DNA of 64,000 nucleotides from Candidatus Omnitrophota bacterium (GTDB lineage: Bacteria > Omnitrophota > Gorgyraeia > Gygaellales > Profunditerraquicolaceae), in contig JALOQK010000002.1 in assembly GCA_025453395.1 (NCBI GenBank), forward strand, positions 149,625-213,624, in the 5' to 3' direction. The notes under the pieces were generated by a model. That model saw only the letters and a program-made list of their open reading frames with translations, made no database searches and was not told where the DNA came from. Below, piece after piece: positions 19,445 through 28,699 of this stretch. How positions within the stretch are numbered: position 1 is the first letter of the stretch; each line of letters starts with the position of its first letter. A program made the position numbers and the translations under genes.

Positions 19445-19450
19445 TCGCAT

Positions 19451-19521
19451 GCGAGCGTAGTTCAGTGGTAGAACACCAGCTTCCCAAGCTGGATATGTGG
19501 GTTCGATTCCCATCGCTCGCT
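19451..19521 (+). tRNA. tRNA-Gly (anticodon CCC)
   Basis: Cloverleaf: acceptor GCGAGCG/CGCUCGC, D-arm GUUC-AGUGGUA-GAAC, anticodon arm CCAGC-UUCCCAA-GCUGG, T-arm GUGGG-UUCGAUU-CCCAU, discriminator U. No encoded CCA. Confidence 0.9.
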
Positions 19522-19551
19522 TTTAAGCTTAAGCGCGCGTTTTTGTTTTTT

Positions 19552-19962
19552 GTGATTATTTATTTTGCGGCAGGATGTGCCAGCCTGCCGCAGCAGCAGG
19601 ACCAGCCTGAAACGCGCAAGGCAGATATTATTATAGGAGGCTTTATCTGGCCGCTTAAGGGCCAGGTTGTTTCACAGGACAGGGGATTAAATATCCGCGC
19701 ATCTGCGGCAGGGCAGAATGTAGTTTCTTCGCGCTCAGGCAGGGTAGTTTATTTAGATAATGACTTCAGGGGTTATGGCAAGACCATTATTATTGAGCAT
19801 CCGGAAGATTTCTTAACAGTCTATTCCGGCAATTCAGAGATCTTAATTAAGAATGGCGACGAAGTTAAAGCGGGGGACTTGATCGCTAAAAGCGGCAAGC
19901 TGTTGCATTTTCAGATAAGAAAAGGTTACACCGCCGAAGACCCGTTTGTTTATTTACAATAA
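19552..19962 (+). CDS. M23 family peptidase (LytM domain) lipoprotein
   Basis: GTG start with lipobox (FAAGCAS). C-terminal M23 motifs (GYGKTIIIEH..., LHFQIRKG). The ORF-track extension to 19429 overlaps the tRNA. Confidence 0.7.
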   Translation: MIIYFAAGCASLPQQQDQPETRKADIIIGGFIWPLKGQVVSQDRGLNIRASAAGQNVVSSRSGRVVYLDNDFRGYGKTIIIEHPEDFLTVYSGNSEILIKNGDEVKAGDLIAKSGKLLHFQIRKGYTAEDPFVYLQ

Positions 19963-19967
19963 AATAT

Positions 19968-21572
19968 ATGTTAGACGCTAAATTCTTTGGACGTGAAAGT
20001 TACCTGCTTAATTTGCATAAAAGGGTAAGTGACCTTAAGAATGGGTATCGCCATAACATGGCAATTATCGGCGATGAGCTTTTAGGCAAGACTTCGCTTA
20101 TATGCAGGCTTCTCTCCAGCTATTATGACAATAATATAATACCTGTTTATATGCAGGTAAGGCCCGAGAGCTTTTCCGTCTTCGCCCGGAGATTTATCGG
20201 AGCGCTTTTATATAATTTTCTTTCCTGCGGGAATCTTAATCTTAAGGAAGACTTGGATTTCTTGATTAATAAGTCTTCCGGGTACGCCCCCGCCACAACA
20301 GTTAAAATCCGCGAACTTCTCCTCTCTATCCAGAAAAGGAAAAAGATTAATCTTTTCGGCGAATTGATTGCTTTATGCGAGCATCTGCATAAAGAAACAG
20401 GCAAGTACTGTTTGGTTATTTTTGATGAGTTTCATAACCTTGAATCGCTGGGGGTTAATAAAATATATCCTCAGTGGTCCAAGGCGTTGATGTCCCAGAA
20501 GAGCACAATGTTTATTATCACCAGTTCCTTCAAGTTCAGGGCAAAACAGATATTGGCTAAAGACTTGTCTTTGCTTTTCGGGAATTTTGAAGTCTTGGAA
20601 ATCGAGCCGTTTGATACCCGCTTAAGCGCCTTTTATCTTAAGAAGTATTTACCGCAGGCTTCTTCGGGAGCGCTTAGCTTTTTGGTGCATTTTACCGGAG
20701 GGTATCCTTTTTATCTGGATGTAATCTCCGAGGCCCTAAACGCGCGCGCGGATTTAAACGTGGTAGACGCTTTAGAGGAACTTTTATTTGAATCCTCCGG
20801 GATGCTTAACCAGAGGTTTTCTAATTATTTAAAGAGGTTCACCGATTCTTCGGCAAGCCAGGATTTTGTTACCATAATGTACCATATCTGCAACGGACAT
20901 AACCGCGTTAAAGATATCGCGCATCTTATGCATAAGCCGGCCAATGTAATTAATGCACGCGTGAATACCTTAATGGAAATGGACGCGGTGTCTAAGAACG
21001 GCGATTTTGTAAGGATCAATGACCGTGTTTTCGGGTTTTGGCTGAAATTTGTTTATCAGGAGAAACTGAATTCCTTTACCTTTGACGCCAGAAACCAGAA
21101 AAACTTATTTCGCGCTTATGTCGAAGGGATGCTTGATGAGTTTACGCTTATTAATAACCGCCCGCTTTCCGAGAGGATGCAGGAAATACTTAAGCTTTTT
21201 GGCGATGATATTATACAGGTATCAAGCAAGCGCCTGCGCTTGGCAGCCTTTAGGGAGATCAAGCCGCTTGAATTTAACAATAGAAACTTAAAACATGGGC
21301 TTTTAGGCCGCTCAAGCGACGCCTTATGGATCATGGCTTTAAAACAAGACCAGGTCAGCGAAGAATTTGTCGCTGAATTTGCCAAGGAATGCCGCAGATA
21401 CCATCATAAGGCGCAGAAAAAAGTAATTGTAAGCCTTAACGAGGTTGATACTAATGCTCGGCTTAGGGCAATGGAGGAGAAGATCATTACCTGGGATCTA
21501 AACAGTCTTAATCAGATCTTTGATTTATTCTATAAGCCCAGGATCGTGCCTTTATATTCGGAGAAAATATGA
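19968..21572 (+). CDS. AAA+ ATP-binding protein (Arch_ATPase/PF01637-like, probable DUF234 C-terminus)
   Basis: FFGRESYLLNL...AIIGDELLGKTSL P-loop arrangement and a Walker B VIFDEFH. Confidence 0.65.
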   Translation: MLDAKFFGRESYLLNLHKRVSDLKNGYRHNMAIIGDELLGKTSLICRLLSSYYDNNIIPVYMQVRPESFSVFARRFIGALLYNFLSCGNLNLKEDLDFLINKSSGYAPATTVKIRELLLSIQKRKKINLFGELIALCEHLHKETGKYCLVIFDEFHNLESLGVNKIYPQWSKALMSQKSTMFIITSSFKFRAKQILAKDLSLLFGNFEVLEIEPFDTRLSAFYLKKYLPQASSGALSFLVHFTGGYPFYLDVISEALNARADLNVVDALEELLFESSGMLNQRFSNYLKRFTDSSASQDFVTIMYHICNGHNRVKDIAHLMHKPANVINARVNTLMEMDAVSKNGDFVRINDRVFGFWLKFVYQEKLNSFTFDARNQKNLFRAYVEGMLDEFTLINNRPLSERMQEILKLFGDDIIQVSSKRLRLAAFREIKPLEFNNRNLKHGLLGRSSDALWIMALKQDQVSEEFVAEFAKECRRYHHKAQKKVIVSLNEVDTNARLRAMEEKIITWDLNSLNQIFDLFYKPRIVPLYSEKI

Positions 21573-22063
21573 TTAAAATAGGAGTAATCGCGGATACGCA
21601 TATACCGGACAGGGCAAAAGAGATTCCCGCTAAAATCATGGAAGATTTCAAAAATGCGGATATGGTCATTCACGCCGGGGATATTGTTGAAGAGCAGGTC
21701 TTGGTGCAGTTAAGGTCTGTTTGTAAACAGGTTTACGCGGTCGCCGGGAATATGGATTCCGCTAAGCTTCAAGAACAGCTTAAGGCCAAAGAGGTTATTA
21801 AGGCCGGTAAATATTCTATCGGCTTATTGCATGGCGCGGGGCATCCGAATCAGATGATAAAATATATTTCAAGCCAATTTAAGCCGGGCGAAGTGGATGT
21901 GGTGGTTTTTGGCCATTCGCATATTCCGTTTAACGAAAAGATAGGAAAGACGATTTATTTTAATCCCGGAAGCGCCACTGATCAGATCTTTTCTCCGTAT
22001 AATTCTTATGGTATCATAGAATTAGATGATAAAAACATATCGGCGCGTATAATAAAGGTTTAA
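21569..22063 (+). CDS. Metallophosphoesterase (YfcE/MJ0936 family)
   Basis: Calcineurin-like motifs IGVIADTH, HAGD, GNMD, GHSH. Confidence 0.8.
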   Translation: MIKIGVIADTHIPDRAKEIPAKIMEDFKNADMVIHAGDIVEEQVLVQLRSVCKQVYAVAGNMDSAKLQEQLKAKEVIKAGKYSIGLLHGAGHPNQMIKYISSQFKPGEVDVVVFGHSHIPFNEKIGKTIYFNPGSATDQIFSPYNSYGIIELDDKNISARIIKV

Positions 22064-22065
22064 AT

Positions 22066-22548
22066 ATGGATAGGCTTTGGGCACCATGGAGAGGTAAATA
22101 TGTGTCTTGCGCAGGCAAGCATAAAGGTTGTATTTTTTGTAAAGCCTCCAAAAGAAATACCAAAGATTATGTGGTATTTAAAACAAAAAGCAGTTTGTGC
22201 ATGCTTAATATATTTCCTTATAACAACGGGCATTTGATGGTTTCTCCATTGCGCCATACCAAAGATATGGCCAGTTTAACGCAGAAAGAAATATTGGACC
22301 TGTTTTCCTCTTTGAATAAGGCCAAGTCGCTATTGGATAAAATATTAAAGCCGCATGGTTATAATATAGGGATAAACATTTCCCGCGTTGCCGGAGCCGG
22401 CGTTGTGGGGCATTTGCATATTCATATTGTGCCTCGTTGGCCGGGCGACACAAATTTTATGCCTGTGACCGGACAGACAAAAGTTATTTCCCAATCCCTG
22501 CGGGAATTACACAGAAAGCTTAAACATGCTTACGCAAAAAAAATTTAA
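22066..22548 (+). CDS. HIT-family hydrolase
   Basis: Histidine triad HLHIHIV near the C-terminus. About 160 aa. Confidence 0.8.
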   Translation: MDRLWAPWRGKYVSCAGKHKGCIFCKASKRNTKDYVVFKTKSSLCMLNIFPYNNGHLMVSPLRHTKDMASLTQKEILDLFSSLNKAKSLLDKILKPHGYNIGINISRVAGAGVVGHLHIHIVPRWPGDTNFMPVTGQTKVISQSLRELHRKLKHAYAKKI

Positions 22549-23680
22549 AGACTGCGAAGATAATCTTCTTGCCTGTTACGCGATGAAAAGTTATAATACT
22601 CGTGGCAGGATGCATAAAGAGAAAGAGCATCTGTATCGGTCTAGTTATCAGCGCGACCGGGACAGGATCGTGCATTCGGCTGCCTTTCGAAGGCTGGAAT
22701 ATAAAACACAGGTCTTTGTCAATATTGAAGGCGATTATTACCGCACGCGGCTGACTCATACTATAGAGGTAGCTCAGATTGCCCGCACCATAGCGTATTC
22801 TTTGCGTTTGAACATGGATTTAACCGAGGCAATTGCTTTGGCCCATGATCTGGGGCACACGCCTTTTGGGCATGCCGGAGAGGAAATACTCGATGAGCTG
22901 ATGCGAAGAGAGGGAGGGTTTAATCACAACATCCATGGCCTAAGGGTAGTCGATTTCTTGGAAGAAAGATACCCGGATTTCCCGGGGCTTAATTTAAGCT
23001 GGGAGGTTAGAGAGGGCATTGCCAAGCATTCTTCTTGTTTTGATAAGGCCGGCGCGATTAAGGATTTGGCTATTAATGAATCACCGACTTTGGAAGCTCA
23101 GGTAGTGGATATCGCCGATGAGATTGCCTATGATAACCATGATATTGATGACGGTATCACTTCGGGGCTTTTAAAAGATAGTGACCTTGAGGGTGTGGCT
23201 ATCTGGGATAACCTTTGCAGTAAAATCAGCAAAGAGCATCCCAATATAAAATCAGATTTGCGTAAACACCTGCTGGTGCGTTCTTTGATTGACATGGAAG
23301 TAACAGACCTGATCAATTATACTCAAAAACGCCTTGCTGATTTGAAGATCAAGTCTTCCATGGAGGCAAAAAAGCTAAAAGAAAAAGTTGTGTCTTTGAG
23401 CCCTCAGATGCTTTCTTTGAGAAAGCCGCTTCGCGCGCTATTAATGCTTAAGTTGTATAAGCATTACCGCGTGGCGCGCATGAGCATTAAGGCCAAAAGA
23501 TTTATTAGGGAATTATTTAATTTTTATTTAGCATATCCCCAGGCATTGCCGTCTGCTCTGCAGGCAAAAATAAAAGCCCAAGGGGAAAAAAGAGTCATAT
23601 GCGATTATATCGCCGGGATGACGGACAGGTACGCTTTAGATGAATACAAAAAATTATTTGACCCCTACGAAAAGGTATAA
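22526..23680 (+). CDS. dgt: dGTP triphosphohydrolase-like HD-domain protein
   Basis: RDRDRIVHSAAFRRLEYKTQVF and RTRLTHTIEVAQIAR...LAHDLGHTPFGH HD motifs. Confidence 0.85.
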   Translation: MLTQKKFKDCEDNLLACYAMKSYNTRGRMHKEKEHLYRSSYQRDRDRIVHSAAFRRLEYKTQVFVNIEGDYYRTRLTHTIEVAQIARTIAYSLRLNMDLTEAIALAHDLGHTPFGHAGEEILDELMRREGGFNHNIHGLRVVDFLEERYPDFPGLNLSWEVREGIAKHSSCFDKAGAIKDLAINESPTLEAQVVDIADEIAYDNHDIDDGITSGLLKDSDLEGVAIWDNLCSKISKEHPNIKSDLRKHLLVRSLIDMEVTDLINYTQKRLADLKIKSSMEAKKLKEKVVSLSPQMLSLRKPLRALLMLKLYKHYRVARMSIKAKRFIRELFNFYLAYPQALPSALQAKIKAQGEKRVICDYIAGMTDRYALDEYKKLFDPYEKV

Positions 23681-24707
23681 AACCTTAGTATCCGCGATAC
23701 ACAGCGTGTACAGGCTTTTTAATTCTACTTTTGAGCTTACCGAGCTTATCTGCCGGCTGACTAAACTTCTTTGCCAGATTTTCAGCGCTGATTACTGCCA
23801 GATCATACTTTTGGATCCCTCCAAGAAGTATTCAACCTTTAAAAGCGAAGTGTCTCATGGCAGGAGGATAAAATATAATAAAAAGCTGCGCATTGTCGGC
23901 AGGATGGAGAAGAGGATCATTAAGACCCTTTCTTCGGTAAGGTCTGATAGCGCCATCGGGATGCCTTTAGTCTGTGAGGATATTATCGGTTTAATCGTGA
24001 TCAGAAGAAATAAGCAGGTAGGCGGATTTGATAAATTTGATTATGAGCTTCTTACTACCCTGGCGGAACAGGCGATTATCGGCATAAGGAACTTTCAGCT
24101 TTATGAAGAACAGCAAAAGATAGTCTTTGGAAGCATTAAATCGCTTGTGGAGCTTTTGGATATCCGCGTGCCGCAGGAATACACGCATTCACCGTATTTT
24201 AGCCGCCTTGTTACTGCCATAGGCCATCAGATGCACCTTGATGAAAGGCAGATCCAGAGCTTAAAATACGCCAGCCTTCTTCATGATACAGGCAAAGTGG
24301 ATATTCCTCCCGAGATCTTGACTAAGACTTCAAAGCTTACCCCCGAAGAATATAAGATCATCAAGAACCATCCCATGAAGGGAGCGCAGATCTTAAAGCA
24401 TCTGCAGATTTTGCGCCCGGTAATACCGATGATTATGCACCACCATGAAAGATACGACGGTACGGGGTATCCCTCAAGGCTTAAGAAGAAGCAGATCCCC
24501 CAAGGGGCAAGGATTATGGCGGTGGCTGATGCCTTTGAGGCTATGGTTTACGGAAGGCCTTATCGCGAAAGAATGGATACCCAGTCGGCAATCAAGGAGA
24601 TTAAGAAAAAAAGCGGCCAACAGTTTGATCCTAAAGTAGTAGATGCCTTCCTTAAGACCATAAAGAAAATAAACACAAAAAATTACTTGAAATCTATCCC
24701 CAAATAG
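23640..24707 (+). CDS. GAF-domain HD-GYP c-di-GMP phosphodiesterase
   Basis: HD-GYP signature (LLHDTGK ... HHERYDGTGYP) preceded by a GAF-like region. Exact start uncertain. Confidence 0.8.
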   Translation: MNTKNYLTPTKRYKTLVSAIHSVYRLFNSTFELTELICRLTKLLCQIFSADYCQIILLDPSKKYSTFKSEVSHGRRIKYNKKLRIVGRMEKRIIKTLSSVRSDSAIGMPLVCEDIIGLIVIRRNKQVGGFDKFDYELLTTLAEQAIIGIRNFQLYEEQQKIVFGSIKSLVELLDIRVPQEYTHSPYFSRLVTAIGHQMHLDERQIQSLKYASLLHDTGKVDIPPEILTKTSKLTPEEYKIIKNHPMKGAQILKHLQILRPVIPMIMHHHERYDGTGYPSRLKKKQIPQGARIMAVADAFEAMVYGRPYRERMDTQSAIKEIKKKSGQQFDPKVVDAFLKTIKKINTKNYLKSIPK

Positions 24708-24730
24708 TTATATAATAAAGCCCTTTTGCT

Positions 24731-25204
24731 ATGAAAGAAAGCAACCAGCAATTAGAATTATTTTCTCAAAGTTCTCCCCCGCAGGATAATTCCGGCACAA
24801 TGGCGATGCGTTTCTTAAGTTTTGCTGCCGGATATGAAAAGGCCATTGTGTTTATTATTTCTTTGATAGTCACAGGGGTGGTTTGTTTTTCTTTTGGCAT
24901 TGAGCAGGGCAAAAAAAGAATACCGCTTGAAGAAGGCATCACTCAGGCAAGCCTTGCCGCAAGATCATCAACTGATCAGGCATCCTCAGGCGTTTACATT
25001 ATACAAGTAGCTTCTTTCAAGGATAAAACCTTTGCCAAGAAAGAGGCGGATTTTCTTTCCCGCAAAGGATATCCGGCAAGCCTTTGGTCGTCTTCGGGTA
25101 AGTTTGTTTTATGCGTGGGCAATTTCAAGAGTGAAGAAAAGGCACGGGCAGTGCTTTCAAAATTAATAAAAGTTTACAATGACAGTTTCATAAGGAGGTT
25201 ATAA
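24731..25204 (+). CDS. SPOR-domain protein (septal peptidoglycan binding), membrane anchored
   Basis: TM helix, then a C-terminal SPOR-like fold (YIIQVASFKDKTFAKKEADFLSRKGYPA ... FVLCVGNFKSEEKARA). Confidence 0.7.
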   Translation: MKESNQQLELFSQSSPPQDNSGTMAMRFLSFAAGYEKAIVFIISLIVTGVVCFSFGIEQGKKRIPLEEGITQASLAARSSTDQASSGVYIIQVASFKDKTFAKKEADFLSRKGYPASLWSSSGKFVLCVGNFKSEEKARAVLSKLIKVYNDSFIRRL

Positions 25205-25206
25205 AA

Positions 25207-25512
25207 ATGGCTATACATCCGTCTTTACGCATGTCTGATAAAGGCAAAAAACAAAGGTCTGTGTTAAAGCGCACTGAACGGCTTAAGCACATGATAGATC
25301 ATGGTACATGGAAACAGGGCGATGATATCTTCGGCCTTCCCAAGATTAAGACCGTGGCCCTAAAGATCAAAAAAGAAAAAGCCGCAGCCGCGCCTGCCGC
25401 CGGAACTGAAGTCGCAGCAGCAGCTCCCGGGGCCGCCACCGCAGCAGCAGCCGCGCCAGCAGCTAAGGCCGCTGGTAAGCCGGCAGCAACTAAGGCAGCC
25501 GAGAAGAAATAA
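25207..25512 (+). CDS. Small basic protein (Sbp-like) with Ala/Lys-rich C-terminal tail
   Basis: N-terminal MAIHPSLRMSDKGKKQRSVLKRTERLKHMIDHGTW resembles the small basic protein family. The C-terminal 40 aa are poly-Ala/Lys low complexity. RBS aaggagg. Confidence 0.5.
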   Translation: MAIHPSLRMSDKGKKQRSVLKRTERLKHMIDHGTWKQGDDIFGLPKIKTVALKIKKEKAAAAPAAGTEVAAAAPGAATAAAAAPAAKAAGKPAATKAAEKK

Positions 25513-25515
25513 GAG

Positions 25516-26142
25516 ATGACCAGCATCGGCGATCTGATTCTGTCTTTTGGGTTTCTTATTATCGCCATAACTGTGCATGAATTTTCCCATGGGTTTGTTG
25601 CCTATAAATTGGGAGACAATACCGCTAAATATTCCGGCCGGCTAAGCCTTAATCCTTTAGCTCATATTGATCCCTTTGGCACAATAATCTTACCCATTCT
25701 TCTGTATTTCACAACCGGCGGAAGGTTTGTTTTTGGCTATGCCAAGCCGGTGCCGGTTAATACCATGGCTTTAGGGCACCCCAAGAGGGACATCGGTTTT
25801 GTTTCTTTGGCTGGGCCGCTGTCGAATATAACATTCGCCTTTCTTCTAAGCCTCTTAGTGCGCTTTTTGCATCTTCCCGGGGCGTCCAATTATTTCTTGG
25901 TATCTCTAATTAATATCAACGTTATCTTAGGGGTGTTTAATCTATTGCCGATACCGCCTCTGGATGGTTCGGGAATATTGATATCGTTGCTTCCTCAAAG
26001 GCTTGCCATAATATACTCTTCTTTAGAGCGTTATGGATTTATCCTGCTTATAGTGCTTATTTTATTTAATATTACAGACTATTTTGTCTGGCCGTTGGTA
26101 AGATTAATCCTTAATTTTATGTTAGGCGGAGTATCAATATGA
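25516..26142 (+). CDS. Site-2 protease family (M50) zinc metalloprotease
   Basis: HEFSHG (HExxH) in a TM helix, multiple TM segments, and the LLPIPPLDGS motif. Confidence 0.75.
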   Translation: MTSIGDLILSFGFLIIAITVHEFSHGFVAYKLGDNTAKYSGRLSLNPLAHIDPFGTIILPILLYFTTGGRFVFGYAKPVPVNTMALGHPKRDIGFVSLAGPLSNITFAFLLSLLVRFLHLPGASNYFLVSLININVILGVFNLLPIPPLDGSGILISLLPQRLAIIYSSLERYGFILLIVLILFNITDYFVWPLVRLILNFMLGGVSI

Positions 26143-27218
26143 AATCCATAAAAGTAAATTTGGGGAAGAGGTCTTATTCTATTATTGTCGGAAAAGGCGC
26201 GGTTGGTTTATTGGGGCAGAAGGTTAAAAGCCTTAAGCTGGGTGATAGCGCCTACATAGTGACCAATCCTGTTATTAAACGTAAATTTGCTCCGCTGTTA
26301 GTAAAAACTCTTAAAGCAAAAAAGATAGATACTTATTTTAAGCTTATCCCAGAGGGGGAGAGAAGCAAATCGTTTTCTTATTTCCAGGGCCTGCTTGAAG
26401 ACTTAGCGTGTTATGATAAAAACAGGAAAGTGTTTGTTGTTGCTTTGGGTGGAGGGGTTATCGGGGATCTGGCGGGGTTTGTTGCTTCGGTTTACAAACG
26501 CGGGATCGCTTATCTGCAGGTTCCCACGACTTTATTGGCGCAAGTTGACTCTTCTATCGGGGGGAAAACCGGCATAGATGTCTCAAGGGCAAAGAATTTA
26601 GCCGGGGCGATTTATCAGCCCAGGCTAGTTTTAAGTGACCCCTTGTTCTTAAAATCTTTGCATAAGAAGCAGATGGTAAACGCGATGGCGGAAATCGTTA
26701 AATATGCTTTAATTTCCGATTCCATGCTTTTTTCCTATTTGGAGAAAAATTACAAGCGCCTCATCAATAAAGACCCCGCTTGTTTGGAGCATGTGGTTTT
26801 TGTCACAAGCCGCATAAAATCTAAAATAGTAGAAAAAGACGAAGCTGACAAAAAAGGCATCCGGATTATACTTAATTTCGGCCATACCATTGGGCATGCG
26901 ATAGAGGCAGCTTCGGATTTTTCTTACAGCCACGGGCAGGCAGTGGCATTGGGCATGATTTGCGCCTGCCGGATAAGCCAGAGATTGGGATTTCTGGACG
27001 GTAAAGTTGTTTTAAGAGCAGAGAAACTGATCAAGAATATCGGCCTTCCCCGCAGGATTAAAGGAATTTCCTTAGATAAAATAATCAATGCCTATTATAA
27101 AGACAAGAAATTTTCCGGAAAGAAAAACCGCTTTGTGCTTATTCAGGGGATTGGCAGGCCTTTGGTAAAGGAAGAGATCCCTCTGGATTTGGTAAAGCAA
27201 GTGTTAGCTTCTATTTAG
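26139..27218 (+). CDS. aroB: 3-dehydroquinate synthase
   Basis: GGGVIGDLAGFVAS and PTTLLAQVDSSIGGKTGID motifs. Confidence 0.9.
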   Translation: MKSIKVNLGKRSYSIIVGKGAVGLLGQKVKSLKLGDSAYIVTNPVIKRKFAPLLVKTLKAKKIDTYFKLIPEGERSKSFSYFQGLLEDLACYDKNRKVFVVALGGGVIGDLAGFVASVYKRGIAYLQVPTTLLAQVDSSIGGKTGIDVSRAKNLAGAIYQPRLVLSDPLFLKSLHKKQMVNAMAEIVKYALISDSMLFSYLEKNYKRLINKDPACLEHVVFVTSRIKSKIVEKDEADKKGIRIILNFGHTIGHAIEAASDFSYSHGQAVALGMICACRISQRLGFLDGKVVLRAEKLIKNIGLPRRIKGISLDKIINAYYKDKKFSGKKNRFVLIQGIGRPLVKEEIPLDLVKQVLASI

Positions 27219-27687
27219 GTTTACGTATTTTGACCAGCACGCCTTTGTAATCTAATTCTACCCCTTCAAGAGAAATCTTCTGCACTGTCGCCTCATGCAC
27301 TTTATCTAATTTGCGCACTACTTTATTATCTATGATTGCATAGGCGTCATTATCGGCGATAAATATGCCGGATAAAATAAAAGTGGGGGGTATTATCGGT
27401 TCCGGGGCTGCAGCGGGTGTTGGAATAGGCGCAGGCGCTGGTGTTTGTTGCGCCGCAGGCGGTTTTGGGGTGTTTTCAGTTTGCGCGGGCAGAGGTTTTT
27501 TTGGAGCAGGAGTTTTTATTGTAGTTTTCCGGCAGACAGGTTTTGTTATTGGGGCAGGATCGTTTTTTTGTTTGCGCACGTAATTGGAAAAGAAATTAAA
27601 CACGAAATTAGCCAGAATCACCGTGATGATGGCCGCTGAGATATAAATAAGGTATGGGCTTACTTTTTTGTTTTGGCTGCCGCTCAT
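27211..27687 (-). CDS. Membrane-anchored protein with proline-rich linker, possibly GspC/PilP-like
   Basis: N-terminal TM, a Pro/Ala/Thr-rich linker, and a C-terminal 60-aa beta-rich domain. Confidence 0.45.
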   Translation of the reverse strand: MSGSQNKKVSPYLIYISAAIITVILANFVFNFFSNYVRKQKNDPAPITKPVCRKTTIKTPAPKKPLPAQTENTPKPPAAQQTPAPAPIPTPAAAPEPIIPPTFILSGIFIADNDAYAIIDNKVVRKLDKVHEATVQKISLEGVELDYKGVLVKIRKPK

Positions 27688-27737
27688 AAAACATATTATA
27701 ACAAAAAAAATATTATTGTAAAGTGAAGACTCACCGC

Positions 27738-27766
27738 TTGACAGGAAATATCTTCTATGTTATATT
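27738..27766 (+). promoter_or_regulatory. Sigma-70-type promoter for the PilZ cluster
   Basis: TTGACA, 17-bp spacer, TATATT, then 12 nt to the ATG at 27779. Confidence 0.4.
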
Positions 27767-27778
27767 AGGGGCAAATAT

Positions 27779-28132
27779 ATGCTGGAAAAATACCTTAATC
27801 CAAGCAACAAGAGGTGTTTGAACCGTATCAAGGCGCATCAGGCAGTACGCTATCAGATAAGGGGTAATCAGAGCTTCGATAGCGCGGTTACTGATGATCT
27901 AAGCTGCGCAGGACTGTCTTTTACCAACGATAAATTCATCAGTCTTGATACGCTTCTTATGTTTCAGATTAATGTTTTATCCCGCATGATAAGCCCTATC
28001 GGCAGGGTTTGCTGGGTTAATAACGTCCCGTTTTCAGATCGTTTCCGCTACGGAGTGCAATTTGTAGAAGTTGATCCCTCCCAGAAACGCTATCTAAGCG
28101 ATTACGTGGATATGCAAGGCGGTAAATTCTAA
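27779..28132 (+). CDS. PilZ-domain protein
   Basis: KRCLNR (RxxxR) and DLSCAGLSF (DxSxxG). Confidence 0.6.
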   Translation: MLEKYLNPSNKRCLNRIKAHQAVRYQIRGNQSFDSAVTDDLSCAGLSFTNDKFISLDTLLMFQINVLSRMISPIGRVCWVNNVPFSDRFRYGVQFVEVDPSQKRYLSDYVDMQGGKF

Positions 28133-28160
28133 AATTTAAGACACGAAAGGAAAAACAATC

Positions 28161-28319
28161 ATGGCAGATGAAGTAAAGAAACAGGAAAAGCAGACTAATT
28201 GCCCGGCATGCAATAAGCCGATAAAGAAGATACGCCGTTATTACCGTAACGGGATGTATTATTGCACTAAGAAATGCTGGAAAAAGGCCGTAACCTCCAA
28301 GAAGGAAGAGAAAGAATAA
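28161..28319 (+). CDS. Small zinc-ribbon protein (52 aa); not in the ORF track
   Basis: CPACN...YYCTKKC, four Cys in two pairs. SD gaaagg upstream. Its stop overlaps the next start (taATG). Confidence 0.45.
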   Translation: MADEVKKQEKQTNCPACNKPIKKIRRYYRNGMYYCTKKCWKKAVTSKKEEKE

Positions 28320-28699
28320 TGCCTAGTAAAGCGCAAGAACGCCGGCTTCATCCGCGTATTGAGCATGCTTTGCCCCTTAAGATAGCGGCAAACGGCTATG
28401 ATTTTGCCACTACTACTGAGAATGTCAGTTGCCTTGGCGCTTATTGCAATATCGGCAAGTACGTTCCGCCTTTTACGCGCATATCGGTAAAGCTTAATCT
28501 TCCTATCGCCACCAAAAAGGGAGTTAAATCTTCCAAATTGGAATGTAACGGGGTAATCGTGCGTTCCCAGGACGATGCCAAGGGGGGTTTTAACATCGCC
28601 ATATTTTTTAACCGTATCAACCAGGCCCAGAAAAAGTCACTTTCGCGTTATGTGGGGCAGTTCATAAATCCTCCCGTAGTTTCTTCAAAGAAAGCTTGA
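28319..28699 (+). CDS. PilZ-domain protein
   Basis: RRLHPR (RxxxR) and NVSCLGAYC (NxSxxG). Confidence 0.6.
   Translation: MPSKAQERRLHPRIEHALPLKIAANGYDFATTTENVSCLGAYCNIGKYVPPFTRISVKLNLPIATKKGVKSSKLECNGVIVRSQDDAKGGFNIAIFFNRINQAQKKSLSRYVGQFINPPVVSSKKA

Noticed and set aside
19429-19551. N-terminal extension of the M23 peptidase ORF (track start 19429)
   Set aside because: The extension is translated straight through tRNA-Gly (19451-19521). A GTG at 19552 gives a proper lipoprotein signal instead.
25299-25590. Two - strand ORFs (89 and 76 aa) antisense to the small basic protein gene
   Set aside because: They are produced by the GC-rich Ala-codon repeat (GCn) read in reverse. They have no RBS and a low-complexity Ala/Gly composition. 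Spurious.
27365-27639. + strand ORFs (72 and 64 aa) inside the proline-rich membrane protein gene
   Set aside because: They are antisense translations of the Pro/Ala-rich linker (Gly/Ala-rich artefacts).
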